Program-made: the position numbers and the translations under genes | The notes under the pieces: generated by a model | Told to the model about the DNA's origin: nothing | Database searches by the model: none | The model's input: only the letters and a program-made list of their open reading frames with translations | Shown: piece by piece, positions 12,344-22,732 of the stretch | How positions within the stretch are numbered: the first letter of the stretch is position 1 | Layout of the letters: the number at the start of each line of letters is the position of its first letter | NCBI GenBank assembly: GCA_963809895.1 | Contig: CAWELD010000003.1 | Span: 2,080,001 to 2,144,000 of the forward strand | Direction of reading: 5' to 3' | From: an uncultured Gemmatimonadales bacterium | GTDB lineage: Bacteria > Gemmatimonadota > Gemmatimonadetes > Longimicrobiales > Gaopeijiaceae | DNA length: 64,000 nt

Positions 12344-13332
12344 CGTCCCCCCAGCGAGTCGGGTGTGGCCACAGGCCCTTCTTCCGAAGCCCGCGGCCGC
12401 CGCACCGTCACCGAATCGGCGGCCGGCTCCGCATCCAGCAGCGCCGGCAGGCCACGCACGCGCACGGCCACCCGGCGGGACTCCCCAGGAACGACGTCCT
12501 GCACGCGCTCGGCGGGTACCTCCAGGCGGATCGAGTCGAGATTCGCGGCGTCGAGACGTCCCTGGGCACCCCGCACCGTCAGGGGCAGCGACGACGGCAC
12601 CACCTCGAGGGCGGCCGCCGCCGGACCCTCGACCTCCACCGGCACGGCGGGCAGCAACCGCTCCGCCGCGGGCTCGATGCGCAGCCCGAGCTGCGCGGTG
12701 GTCGGCGACAGGATCAACCCCGACAGGCCCGCGGTGTCCACGGGCACCTCCACGATGCCGGAGGCGGTGACCGACGACAGGTCCAGGGGCATGAGGGGGA
12801 TGGAGTCGAGCTCGTCCACCACCCGGGACGGTCCGCGCACACGCACCACGGCGGGGGTGAGCCCGATGCGGGATGCCAGGGCGTAGCCCCGGGGCAGGCG
12901 GCCCTGGGTGCGGATGGACAGGGGGAGCGCGAGTTGGCTCGTCCTCTCGAACTCCAGGCGCACGGACCCGGGCACGATGTCCTGCACCACCAGGCCGGTG
13001 GCTCCCTCGGCGATGACCCAGTCGCGTCGAAGCTGCAGGGTGCTGTCAGGCCCCGCCACGCTCTCGATGGGGACCCGTACCGAGGCGCCTTCCCGGTTCA
13101 GGCGGATGATCTCGCGAGCCGGCCCGGCGAAGCGCACCTGGACCTCGGCGGGATCGGGAGGAGAGGACAGCGTCCAGTCCAGGTCACCGACCTGTACCCG
13201 GACGGGAACCGAGGACAGCACTTCGCGTTCCGCGGGCTCGGCCCGCACCACGGCCCACAGAAACACCGCCAGCCCGAAGGCCGACAGCTTGAGCGTCCAG
13301 TTGGTCGTCAGGGACGGGGGGAGCGCGCTCAC
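12340..13332 (-). CDS. YbbR/CdaR-like domain protein
   Basis: N-terminal NWTLKLSAFGLAVFLW anchor typical of YbbR, followed by three beta-rich repeats (P..V.VRGP). Confidence 0.8.
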   Translation of the reverse strand: MSALPPSLTTNWTLKLSAFGLAVFLWAVVRAEPAEREVLSSVPVRVQVGDLDWTLSSPPDPAEVQVRFAGPAREIIRLNREGASVRVPIESVAGPDSTLQLRRDWVIAEGATGLVVQDIVPGSVRLEFERTSQLALPLSIRTQGRLPRGYALASRIGLTPAVVRVRGPSRVVDELDSIPLMPLDLSSVTASGIVEVPVDTAGLSGLILSPTTAQLGLRIEPAAERLLPAVPVEVEGPAAAALEVVPSSLPLTVRGAQGRLDAANLDSIRLEVPAERVQDVVPGESRRVAVRVRGLPALLDAEPAADSVTVRRPRASEEGPVATPDSLGGR

Positions 13333-13344
13333 GTCCGCCGCCCC

Positions 13345-13917
13345 TCAGGAGTCCAGGAGGCGCCGGACCATCTCCTGGTATTCGGGCGCATCCCAGAGCG
13401 TCCCTCCCGTGACCTTGCGGTAGATGACCCCGTCCCGCCCGATGAGAAAGGTCTCCGGAAGGCCTGTCGTCTGGTAGATCTCGCCGACGTCGCCCGAGGG
13501 ATCCCGCAGGATCTCGAAGGTGAGCCCCAGGTCGTCGACGAACTTCTGCACGTCGCCGCCGGGGCGCCCGAGATAGCCCAGGACCCCACGGTCGGCATCC
13601 ACACTCACGGCCACGACCTTGAAGTCCGGGTCGTCGAGCTCCTCGCGGAGCCGCTGCATGGACGGCATCTCCTCGCGGCAGGGACCACACCAGGTGGCCC
13701 AGATGTTGAGGAGCACGACCTTGCCCCGGTAGTCGTCCAGCGACACCGGCGTGCCGTCCATGGTGGCCGCCGTGAACTCCGGCGCCTCGGCACCCGCGAT
13801 GACAGGGCGATAGTTGTCCCGTCCCATCCATGCCGCCACCACCACCAGCCCCATGACGATGAGTGCCCCGACGTAGGGGAGCCGGGACGGTCTCTTCCTG
13901 GAAGAGCTGCGCGCCAT
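13345..13917 (-). CDS. TlpA/ResA-family thiol:disulfide oxidoreductase
   Basis: N-terminal TM anchor, LNIWATWCGPCREEMP, GLPETFLI. Confidence 0.93.
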   Translation of the reverse strand: MARSSSRKRPSRLPYVGALIVMGLVVVAAWMGRDNYRPVIAGAEAPEFTAATMDGTPVSLDDYRGKVVLLNIWATWCGPCREEMPSMQRLREELDDPDFKVVAVSVDADRGVLGYLGRPGGDVQKFVDDLGLTFEILRDPSGDVGEIYQTTGLPETFLIGRDGVIYRKVTGGTLWDAPEYQEMVRRLLDS

Positions 13918-13954
13918 TTCAATCCTCGATGAACCGCGTATTCATTGCCCGTTC

Positions 13955-13980
13955 GTACGACCGGACGGGGTGATTGTTCC
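13955..13980 (-). promoter_or_regulatory. Putative ECF sigma promoter GGAAC-N17-GTAC upstream of tlpA-like gene
   Basis: Minus strand GGAACAATCACCCCGTCCGGTCGTAC; same motif and spacing as at 49769-49794. Confidence 0.45.
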
Positions 13981-13995
13981 TCTGTGGACGGCCTC

Positions 13996-14811
13996 TCAGC
14001 CGCCCCTGCGGCCCACCGTGAGCCGCACCGAGTCGCCGCGCTCGAGCCGGGTCCCGGCCGGCGGCTCCTGTCCCACGACCCGACCCTGGTCGCGGCCGAA
14101 GCGGAAGACCTCCTCCACGTCGGACACGGTGAGGCCGAGCGCGTCCAGCGAATCCCGGGCTTCGGCCTCGGACAGGCCCAGGAGGGCGGGCACCTCGACC
14201 TCGGGCGGCCCCAGGCTCACCGTGACCGTGACCGATCCGGGAAGGGTGACCTCGGTGCCCTCCTCCGGCGCGACCTGGATGATGCGGCCGCGGGGGTGGT
14301 TGTCCTCGACCGAATCGACCTGCACCAGGAGCCCGGTGGACTCGAGCACGGTGAGCGCCCGGTCGGCCCGTAGGCCGGTCACCTCGGGTACCCGGCGCCG
14401 CTCGGGCCCCAGGCTCACCGTGAGGCGAACGGAGTCGCCGCGCGAGGCGAGCTGGCCCGGCAGGGGGGCCTGGCCCACCACGCTGCCCGAATCGGCCTGC
14501 GGATGACGGAGCTCCTCCACCTCGGCCACCTGGAGACCCGCGTCCTCGAACGACGCCCGGGCCTCGGCCAGGAGCTCCCCCCGGACGTCGGGCACCTTGA
14601 CCAGGTCCGGGGGCGGCGCGGGCGCCGGAAAGAGCACGTGCGTGGCGCCCAGATACCCGAAGCCCAGCGCCACCACCGAGACCAGGACCACGAGCAGCGC
14701 GAAGCGACCAGGGTCCCCTCCGGGGTCCCTGTCCGCCTCGGAGCGCGGTGCGCGCCCCGTTCCGGGCCGCGCCTGGCTTCGCCTGCGCCTCAGTGAGCTA
14801 CCCAGCTGCAT
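13996..14811 (-). CDS. PASTA-domain membrane protein (3 PASTA repeats)
   Basis: TM helix followed by VPDVRG/VPEVTG/VPALLG repeats each ending V.LTVS.G; start refined to ATG 14811. Confidence 0.88.
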   Translation of the reverse strand: MQLGSSLRRRRSQARPGTGRAPRSEADRDPGGDPGRFALLVVLVSVVALGFGYLGATHVLFPAPAPPPDLVKVPDVRGELLAEARASFEDAGLQVAEVEELRHPQADSGSVVGQAPLPGQLASRGDSVRLTVSLGPERRRVPEVTGLRADRALTVLESTGLLVQVDSVEDNHPRGRIIQVAPEEGTEVTLPGSVTVTVSLGPPEVEVPALLGLSEAEARDSLDALGLTVSDVEEVFRFGRDQGRVVGQEPPAGTRLERGDSVRLTVGRRGG

Positions 14812-16141
14812 CGCGTCCGTCCTTGGCGGGGTGCGCGGCCGTCCGCTCCTCGCGCCGGAACGCGACGGCAAAGGCGCCGTCGAACCCGGTGCGCTGCGGG
14901 AGGACGAGCAACCGACCGTCGTCATCCATGTCCGGAAGGTCCAGCCCCTCGGGGGCCACGGGACGGAAGTCCGGATGTGCGATCCGGAACTCGTCCACCA
15001 CCTCCTGGTTCTCCTCCGGCTCCAGGGTGCAGGTGCTGTACACCAGAACACCCCCCGGAGGCACGATCGCGCTAGCTCCGTGCAGAAGTCGTGCCTGCAC
15101 CTTCTTCAGTCGGAGCGGATCCCCGGGGCCCAGCCGCCAGCGCGCATCGGGATGACGCCGGAGCGTGCCCGTGCCGGAGCACGGAGCATCCACGAGAACC
15201 AGATCGGCGCGAGCCAGGGGCGGCTGTTCGGCCCGCCCCCGCACGACACCCACCTTCGACCCCGTACGGCGCACGTTCTCCTCGAGAAGGGTCAGGCGCG
15301 CAGACGAGGGATCGACGGCCACAACATAGGCAGCGGACCGGGCCAGATACAGGGCCTTGCCCCCCGGAGCCGCACACAGGTCGGCCACCCGTTCCGCGTG
15401 GAACGCCGCCGCGAATCGAGCCACGAGGGCGGCGCCGGGGTCCTGGATGATCCCCGACACCGCCGCCAGCGCCTCGGTGGGCGACAGGCCCTCGACCCGT
15501 AGCGCCGGCGAACCCCGGCCCAGCGGCTCGGCAGCCCCACCCACGGCGCGAATCGCCCTCACGGCCGCCGGCGTGTCGTCGGCCAGGGGGACGAGGGTGA
15601 GCGGTGGCACCTGGTTGTCGGCCTCCACCAGCGCGCGAACCTCACCCGGGGGCCAGCGGCCGAGCCACCGCTCCACCAGCCACCGGGGGTGGGAGCCCCA
15701 CGTGGACAGGAAGGCCGCGGGATCGCTCTCGAAACCGGGAAACAGGGCCACCGCGTCACCGGCCTTCGCCACGTTCCGCAGCACCGCGTTGACCAATCCC
15801 GCCGCGCGGCTCTCGCCCACCGCACGCACGTGACTGACGGCCTGGGACACCGCTGCGTACGTGGGAACGCCGTCCATGTAGAGGACCTGGTACGCCCCCA
15901 GGCGCAGCACGTCGAGGACGGCTGGGCGCAGCGACGCCAACCCCCGGTCCACGCGCTGCGCCAGCAGGTGATCGAGGCGCCCGCGCAGGCGGATGGTGCC
16001 ATAGGTGAGCTCGTGGACGAAGCGGCGCCGCCGCAGGTCGAGTCCGGCAACGGCGGCGTCCAGCGCCAGGTCGAGCCTTCGGCCGCGGGCCACCGCGGCG
16101 AGCACCTCGCCCGCCGCGCGCCGGGCGGGCGTCAGCGCCAT
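14798..16141 (-). CDS. rsmB: 16S rRNA m5C967 methyltransferase
   Basis: NusB-like N-terminus, DLCAAPGGK, VDAPCSGTG, YSTCT. Confidence 0.95.
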   Translation of the reverse strand: MALTPARRAAGEVLAAVARGRRLDLALDAAVAGLDLRRRRFVHELTYGTIRLRGRLDHLLAQRVDRGLASLRPAVLDVLRLGAYQVLYMDGVPTYAAVSQAVSHVRAVGESRAAGLVNAVLRNVAKAGDAVALFPGFESDPAAFLSTWGSHPRWLVERWLGRWPPGEVRALVEADNQVPPLTLVPLADDTPAAVRAIRAVGGAAEPLGRGSPALRVEGLSPTEALAAVSGIIQDPGAALVARFAAAFHAERVADLCAAPGGKALYLARSAAYVVAVDPSSARLTLLEENVRRTGSKVGVVRGRAEQPPLARADLVLVDAPCSGTGTLRRHPDARWRLGPGDPLRLKKVQARLLHGASAIVPPGGVLVYSTCTLEPEENQEVVDEFRIAHPDFRPVAPEGLDLPDMDDDGRLLVLPQRTGFDGAFAVAFRREERTAAHPAKDGRDAAG

Positions 16142-16151
16142 GGACGGACCG

Positions 16152-16958
16152 TCAGTCCAGCATCCCCTTCGTCGGCGAAGACGGCACCGCGATCTCGCGA
16201 GCCGGCATGCGCCCGGCGAGGTAGGCGAGCCGGCCCGCCAGCACGCCGTGACGCATGGCGGTGGCCATGACCACGGGATCCTCGGCCGCCGCCAACGCCG
16301 TGTTCATGAGAATTCCGTCCACGCCCTGCTCCATGGTAACGCAGGCGTCCGAGGCCGTGCCCACGCCGGCATCCACGATGACCGGGACCTCGAGGCGTCG
16401 CTTGATCTCCCGGATGAAGTAGGGATTCACGACGCCGAGCCCCGAGCCGATGGGGCTCGCCAGAGGCATGACCGCCACGCACCCGGCGTCCTCCAGCTTC
16501 AGGGCCGTGACCAGGTCGTCGTTGGTGTACGCCATGACCTTGAAACCCTCCCCGGCCAGCGTGCGTGCGGCGGCCAGCGTGGCCTCCACGTCGGGGAGCA
16601 GCGTGTCCTGATCGCCGATCACCTCCAGCTTGATGAAGTCCGTGAACCCGGCGGCCCGGCCCAGACGGGCGTAGCGCACCGCATCGTCGGCGTTGTAGCA
16701 GCCGGCCGTATTGGGGAGCAGGAAGAACTCGTCGGGATCCAGATGGTGCAGGATCCCTTCCTCGTTGCTCCGGTCCAGATCCACCCGACGCACCGCCACG
16801 GTGACCATCTCGGCACCGCTGGCGCGGATCGCGTCGATCATGACGACGTTGGTGGCGTACTTCCCGGTACCCACGATGAGCCGGGACGTGAACTCTCGCC
16901 CGCCGATGACCAGCGGGGTGTCGGACGTGGCCGCGGGTGCGGCGACGGCATCGCTCAT
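16152..16958 (-). CDS. thiG: Thiazole synthase
   Basis: SRLIVGTGKY, LPNTAGC, IKLEVI, VMPLASPIGSG, VDAGVG. Confidence 0.97.
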   Translation of the reverse strand: MSDAVAAPAATSDTPLVIGGREFTSRLIVGTGKYATNVVMIDAIRASGAEMVTVAVRRVDLDRSNEEGILHHLDPDEFFLLPNTAGCYNADDAVRYARLGRAAGFTDFIKLEVIGDQDTLLPDVEATLAAARTLAGEGFKVMAYTNDDLVTALKLEDAGCVAVMPLASPIGSGLGVVNPYFIREIKRRLEVPVIVDAGVGTASDACVTMEQGVDGILMNTALAAAEDPVVMATAMRHGVLAGRLAYLAGRMPAREIAVPSSPTKGMLD

Positions 16959-17017
16959 TCTACTTCTCCAGGGTCGGCCCGACGCCGAAGCGTTGAGCCA
17001 GGGTTCACGCGAGCGGC

Positions 17018-17242
17018 TCAGCCGCCGCCCACGAAGTGCACGAGTTCCAGGGTATCGCCTTCCTCCACCCTCACGTCAGCGTACCGGCCACGGTCGAGGA
17101 TCTCCCGGTTGCGCTCGACCACCACCAGCTCCGGCCTGAGCGCCAGCGACTCGAGAAGGTCCCGCACCGAGGCGCCCCGGGGAACGTCGCGCTCCCGGCC
17201 GTTCACACGCACGCGAATGTCCGACGTGTCCTGGTCATGCAT
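17018..17242 (-). CDS. thiS: Sulfur carrier protein
   Basis: Ubiquitin-like fold ending LELVHFVGGG, directly upstream of thiG. Confidence 0.95.
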   Translation of the reverse strand: MHDQDTSDIRVRVNGRERDVPRGASVRDLLESLALRPELVVVERNREILDRGRYADVRVEEGDTLELVHFVGGG

Positions 17243-17897
17243 GGCTGTTCGCCTCCACTCTCGTTGCGCCGGCCGGCGGCGCGGCCTTCAGACGCTCCAG
17301 GTACAGCTCGGTGGCGCCGGCCGGATCCGCACTCCCCCACACGCCGGACAGGACCGCCACGCCGTGAGCACCGGCCGAGCACACGCGCGCCACCCGCTCG
17401 GGCGTGATCCCCCCGATGGCAACCAGGGGCAGGCGGCTGACCGCCCGCACGGCGGTCAACAGGGCGGGACCCGCTCCTGCGCGGTCCGGGTGCGACGGAG
17501 ACGCGAACAGGCTGCCGACGATCAACCAGTCGGCTCCAGCGGCCTCGATCGCTTCGGCGGGGCCGTGAACCGACGCGCCCATGGCGACGTCGCCACCCAG
17601 GATCCGCCGGGCTGCGGCGGCGGACAGGGACCGACGTCCGAGCTGCACGGCGGGAGCGCCCGTGGCACCGGCGACGTCCACGCGATCGTTGACGACCACC
17701 ACCCCACCCGTAGCGCGCGCCACCTCCAGCAGGCCTCCGGCGAGCTCGAAGAGGTGGCGGCCGGACTGGTGGGGGCCACGGAGATGGAACGCGATCCTGT
17801 CGCGGCCGGCCTCCAGCACCGGCCGGGCACGGTCCAGGAATCCGGGGTCCGCCAGGACCCGGTCGTCGGTGATCAGGTGCAGCCGCGGCGTCTCCAC
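17235..17897 (-). CDS. thiE: Thiamine-phosphate synthase / TenI-like protein
   Basis: LHLITD, VVNDRVDVA, GASVH, ASPSHP, VAIGGI, GAHGVAVLS; GTG start 17897. Could be the TenI paralog. Confidence 0.75.
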   Translation of the reverse strand: METPRLHLITDDRVLADPGFLDRARPVLEAGRDRIAFHLRGPHQSGRHLFELAGGLLEVARATGGVVVVNDRVDVAGATGAPAVQLGRRSLSAAAARRILGGDVAMGASVHGPAEAIEAAGADWLIVGSLFASPSHPDRAGAGPALLTAVRAVSRLPLVAIGGITPERVARVCSAGAHGVAVLSGVWGSADPAGATELYLERLKAAPPAGATRVEANSHA

Positions 17898-17904
17898 GTG
17901 GCCC

Positions 17905-18867
17905 TCACTCGAAGCTCTGACCCGTCTGCGCTCCCCTGCCCCGCAGCCAGTCGTCGGCGCCCATGCGGCGCTTGCCCGGAGGCTGGACCTCGGCGATCCA
18001 CACCGTTCCGCCTCCGCAGGCGACCCCGAGTCCACGGCTGCTGCCCGGCTCGGCGTCCACCACGGTCCCCGGCGCGGCATCGGCGGCCGTTCCCGGCGGC
18101 TCCTCACCGTCGTGGGGCGTGGACTGCGGCCGGAAGAGCTTCACGGGATCCCCACCCAGGGTGCTCCACGCTCCGGGAATCTCGTCCATGGCCCGGATGT
18201 GGTCGACCAGCTCCGGTGGGGAACGCCGCCAGTCCACCCGGGCCGTCTGGCGGTCCACCTTGGGCGCGTAGGTGGCCCGGTCGTGGTCCTGCTCCCGCTC
18301 CTCCACGGCGTCGACCTCCAGGAGGGCCAGCGTCTCGATGAGCGCCTGGGCGCCGACCTCGGAGAGGCGCGTGCTGAGCTCGGTGGAGGTCTCGGAGGGG
18401 CCGATGGGCTCCTCCACCTGGAGCAGGACGGGCCCCGCGTCCATGGCCTCCACCATGCGCATGACGGTCACTCCGGTGCGGTCGTGGCCCCGGGCGATGG
18501 CCCAGTGCACCGGCGCGGCACCCCGCAGCGCCGGCAGGAGCGACGCATGGACGTTGATGGAGCCCCGCTCCGGAAGGTCCAGGATCTCCCGGGACAGGAT
18601 GTGACCGTACGCCACGACCACGGAGATCTCCGGAGCGAGCGCACGCACGCGCTCCGTGAAGTCCTGACCCCGGGGGCGGTCTGGGTCCAGCACCAGCATC
18701 CCCTCCGCCCGCGCCACCTCCTTCACGGGAGACGGCTGCAGCTTGCGCCCCCGCCCCGCCGGCCGATCCGGCTGGGTGACCACGGCGACCACGTCGTGGC
18801 CCTCTTCGGCGAGGGCCCGCAGCGTGGGCACGGCGAACCATGGCGTTCCCCAGAACAGGACCCTCAT
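17905..18867 (-). CDS. fmt: Methionyl-tRNA formyltransferase
   Basis: MRVLFWGTP.FA, VVTQPDRPAGRG, INVHASLLP..RGAAP, MDAG. Confidence 0.97.
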   Translation of the reverse strand: MRVLFWGTPWFAVPTLRALAEEGHDVVAVVTQPDRPAGRGRKLQPSPVKEVARAEGMLVLDPDRPRGQDFTERVRALAPEISVVVAYGHILSREILDLPERGSINVHASLLPALRGAAPVHWAIARGHDRTGVTVMRMVEAMDAGPVLLQVEEPIGPSETSTELSTRLSEVGAQALIETLALLEVDAVEEREQDHDRATYAPKVDRQTARVDWRRSPPELVDHIRAMDEIPGAWSTLGGDPVKLFRPQSTPHDGEEPPGTAADAAPGTVVDAEPGSSRGLGVACGGGTVWIAEVQPPGKRRMGADDWLRGRGAQTGQSFE

Positions 18868-19385
18868 CCCGTCGCGGCCTCCTCCTGGAGCTTGCGCCAC
18901 TTCTTCAGCAGCATCTTTCGCTTGAGCGCGCTCACCCGGTCCAGGAAGAGCACGCCGTCCAGGTGGTCGATCTCGTGCTGCAGGGCACGCGACAGGAGCT
19001 CTTCAGCCTCGATGGAAATCTCGTTGCCCTGGGGATCGAAGCCCCGGACCGTGACGGTGACGGGGCGCTCGACCACGTCTTCCAGGCCGGGGATGGAGAG
19101 GCACCCTTCCGAGGCCTTGTCCGTCTCTCGACTGGCGACCACGACCTCGGGGTTCACCAACGCCAGACGGCCGGCGGCTTCGTTCTCCTCGTCACGCACG
19201 TCCACCACCAGCACCCGGGCCGAAATACCGACCTGTGGCGCGGCCAACCCGATGCCCTCGGCGTGGTACATGGTCTCGAACATGTCCCGTACCAGCGCCT
19301 GCAGCTCGGCGTCGAACGCCGTCACGGGCTCGGCGGCGGTGCGCAGGATGGGGTCTCCGAGGATGACGATGTCACGCAACGCCAT
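18864..19385 (-). CDS. def: Peptide deformylase
   Basis: GIGLAAPQ, EGCLS, QHEIDHLDG. Confidence 0.98.
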   Translation of the reverse strand: MALRDIVILGDPILRTAAEPVTAFDAELQALVRDMFETMYHAEGIGLAAPQVGISARVLVVDVRDEENEAAGRLALVNPEVVVASRETDKASEGCLSIPGLEDVVERPVTVTVRGFDPQGNEISIEAEELLSRALQHEIDHLDGVLFLDRVSALKRKMLLKKWRKLQEEAATG

Positions 19386-19388
19386 GGC

Positions 19389-19712
19389 TCAGCCCTCGTC
19401 GCCGCTCTTTCCGGCGGGATCCACCAGCTGGGCCACGCGCGCCCGCTGAATCACGAGGCGCGTGTTCTCGCCCGTGCGGATCGTGAGGCGGTCGGCGTCG
19501 GCGTGCACCACCGTGCCGATGACTCCGCCGTTGGTGATGATCTCGTCTCCCTTCTTGATGGCCTCGAGCATCTCCTTGTGCCGCTGCTGCTCCTTCCGCT
19601 GCGGCCGGATCAGAAGCCAGTAGAAGATGACGAAGATCGCCACCATCTGCAGCCCGAAGATGAGGGCGGGGTTTCCCCCCTCACGGGGCGCCATGAGAAG
19701 CGCGTGGATCAC
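19389..19712 (-). CDS. yajC: Preprotein translocase subunit YajC
   Basis: FYWLLIRPQRK, KKGDEIITNGGVIG; downstream of tgt. Confidence 0.95.
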   Translation of the reverse strand: MIHALLMAPREGGNPALIFGLQMVAIFVIFYWLLIRPQRKEQQRHKEMLEAIKKGDEIITNGGVIGTVVHADADRLTIRTGENTRLVIQRARVAQLVDPAGKSGDEG

Positions 19713-19754
19713 GTTCCGTCTCCCGGAAATGAACTGTGGTCGTGGCAGTCGTTA

Positions 19755-20939
<1,185 letters not shown>

Positions 20940-21530
20940 TCAGTTGGCGCTGACCAGCTCCTGCCAGTGGTGGTCGGCGATGCGGTAGCGCCGCGTGGTG
21001 CGCCGCGTGGGGCAGCACAGGGGATCGTCGGGCCCGTGCTCGGTCACGTCCAGGAGGAGCGTGTCGCCCTCGGCCTCGAAGCGGTTGAGCTGGACGCGGT
21101 CGCCCAGCTCCAGGACGGCTTCCTGCTCGGCGCCCAGGGAGCCGGATCCGTAGGCCACGACGTGCACGAAGACACCGCTCCCGCCGGTGTTGGCGGTGAC
21201 CAGCACCGCCCGCTCCCTGCGTCCGTCGCCGTCGAAGTCGCCTTCGGCATCGAACCCACCCACGCGCAGCACGTATCGTCTGCGCTCCGGGTCGTCCGAG
21301 ACACCTGCCAACAGCGTGACCGCCGAGTCTCCCAGCACCGGCAGGCGTACCCGGGCCCGGTCCAGCTCACGGATGGAGGGGGCCCGCGCGAACACCGTTC
21401 CCGCCGCCACGGCGGCGGCCTGGACCGCGCCAGCGTCTTCCCTTCCCGGGCCGCACGCCGCCACGCCCAGGGCCAGAGCGAACTCCAGGCCCCCGACGAG
21501 CCTCAAACGGACCCCTGGGGAGGGAGTCAT
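20940..21530 (-). CDS. Hypothetical lipoprotein (DxDxDG loop, C-terminal DPLCCPT)
   Basis: Lipobox VAAC, GDFDGDG motif, NTGGSGVF, HGPDDPLCCPT. Confidence 0.7.
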   Translation of the reverse strand: MTPSPGVRLRLVGGLEFALALGVAACGPGREDAGAVQAAAVAAGTVFARAPSIRELDRARVRLPVLGDSAVTLLAGVSDDPERRRYVLRVGGFDAEGDFDGDGRRERAVLVTANTGGSGVFVHVVAYGSGSLGAEQEAVLELGDRVQLNRFEAEGDTLLLDVTEHGPDDPLCCPTRRTTRRYRIADHHWQELVSAN

Positions 21531-21622
21531 GCGAGAACTCCTGCGGAACGCGGCATGGATGGAGCCGAAGCCCGGGGCCCGGCCCCGTCACATGTATTTC
21601 CTGCAGGATGCGGGCCAGAGCG

Positions 21623-22732
21623 TCACACGAGGGCCATGGCGTCCCCGTACGAGTAGAAGCGGTAGCCCTCCGCGACGGCCCGGGCGTAGGCCTCCATGAC
21701 CGGGCGGTACCCCGCGAACGCCGCCACCAGCATGAGGAGCGTGGAGCGCGGCAGGTGGAAGTTGGTCACCAGGGCGTCCACCACCTGGAACCGGTAGGGT
21801 GGCCGGATGAAGAGATCCGACGAGCCCGCGCCCGCACGCACGCCCCCCCGGCCGTCGGCCGCCGTCTCCAGCGTACGCACCACGGTGGTGCCCACGGCCC
21901 AGACGCGCCCTCCGCGCTCCCGGGCCGCCGCCACGGCCGCTGCCGCGGCCTCGGGCACGTGGTACAGCTCGGCGTGCATGTCGTGCTCGGCCGGATCGTC
22001 CACCTCCACCGGACGAAACGTCCCGATGCCCACGTGGAGGGTGACGGCGGTGCGCCGGACGCCCAGGTCTTCGAGGGCACGCAACAGCTCCGGGGTGAAG
22101 TGCAGTCCTGCCGTCGGCGCCGCCACCGAGCCCGGCACCCGGGCGTACACGGTCTGGTAGCGCTCCCGGTCCGCGGCCTCGTCCTCGCGACCCAGGTACG
22201 GAGGGAGCGGCATGTGACCGTACCGGTCCAGGGCTTCGGTGACGGCCAGGTCCGTCACCAGGCGCACGACCCGCCCGCCTCCCGGCGCCGAGTCCAGGAT
22301 CTCCACCACCAGGTCGGGCCCCACCTCCACCTGCCGACCGGGCTTGAGCTTGCCCCCCGGGCGCACCAGCGCCTCCCACAGGCGGGCCGAGCCGGCGCCC
22401 TCCAGCGCGCCTCGCCGGTCGGTCCCGGCGGCCTCGCCCTGGGGTAGCGGGCGGACCAGGAGGACCTCGGCGGGTGCCCCCGTGGGCTTGCGACCCAGCA
22501 GGCGCGCCGGCAGCACCCGGCTCTCGTTCACCACCAGGAGATCGCCGGGACGCATGAGGCCCGGAAGGTCGTCGAAATGCAGATGGCCGACAGGTCCGCC
22601 ACCTCGTGGCAGCACCAGCAGCCGGCTCCGGTCCCGGCGCTCCGCCGGGTAGCGCGCGATGCGGTCCGGGGGCAGCTCGTAGTCGTAGTCCGAGACGGCG
22701 GATCCGTCGGCGGTGGCCCGCACCCCCGTCAC
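21623..22732 (-). CDS. queA: S-adenosylmethionine:tRNA ribosyltransferase-isomerase
   Basis: [47 protein letters not shown]. Confidence 0.98.
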   Translation of the reverse strand: MTGVRATADGSAVSDYDYELPPDRIARYPAERRDRSRLLVLPRGGGPVGHLHFDDLPGLMRPGDLLVVNESRVLPARLLGRKPTGAPAEVLLVRPLPQGEAAGTDRRGALEGAGSARLWEALVRPGGKLKPGRQVEVGPDLVVEILDSAPGGGRVVRLVTDLAVTEALDRYGHMPLPPYLGREDEAADRERYQTVYARVPGSVAAPTAGLHFTPELLRALEDLGVRRTAVTLHVGIGTFRPVEVDDPAEHDMHAELYHVPEAAAAAVAAARERGGRVWAVGTTVVRTLETAADGRGGVRAGAGSSDLFIRPPYRFQVVDALVTNFHLPRSTLLMLVAAFAGYRPVMEAYARAVAEGYRFYSYGDAMALV

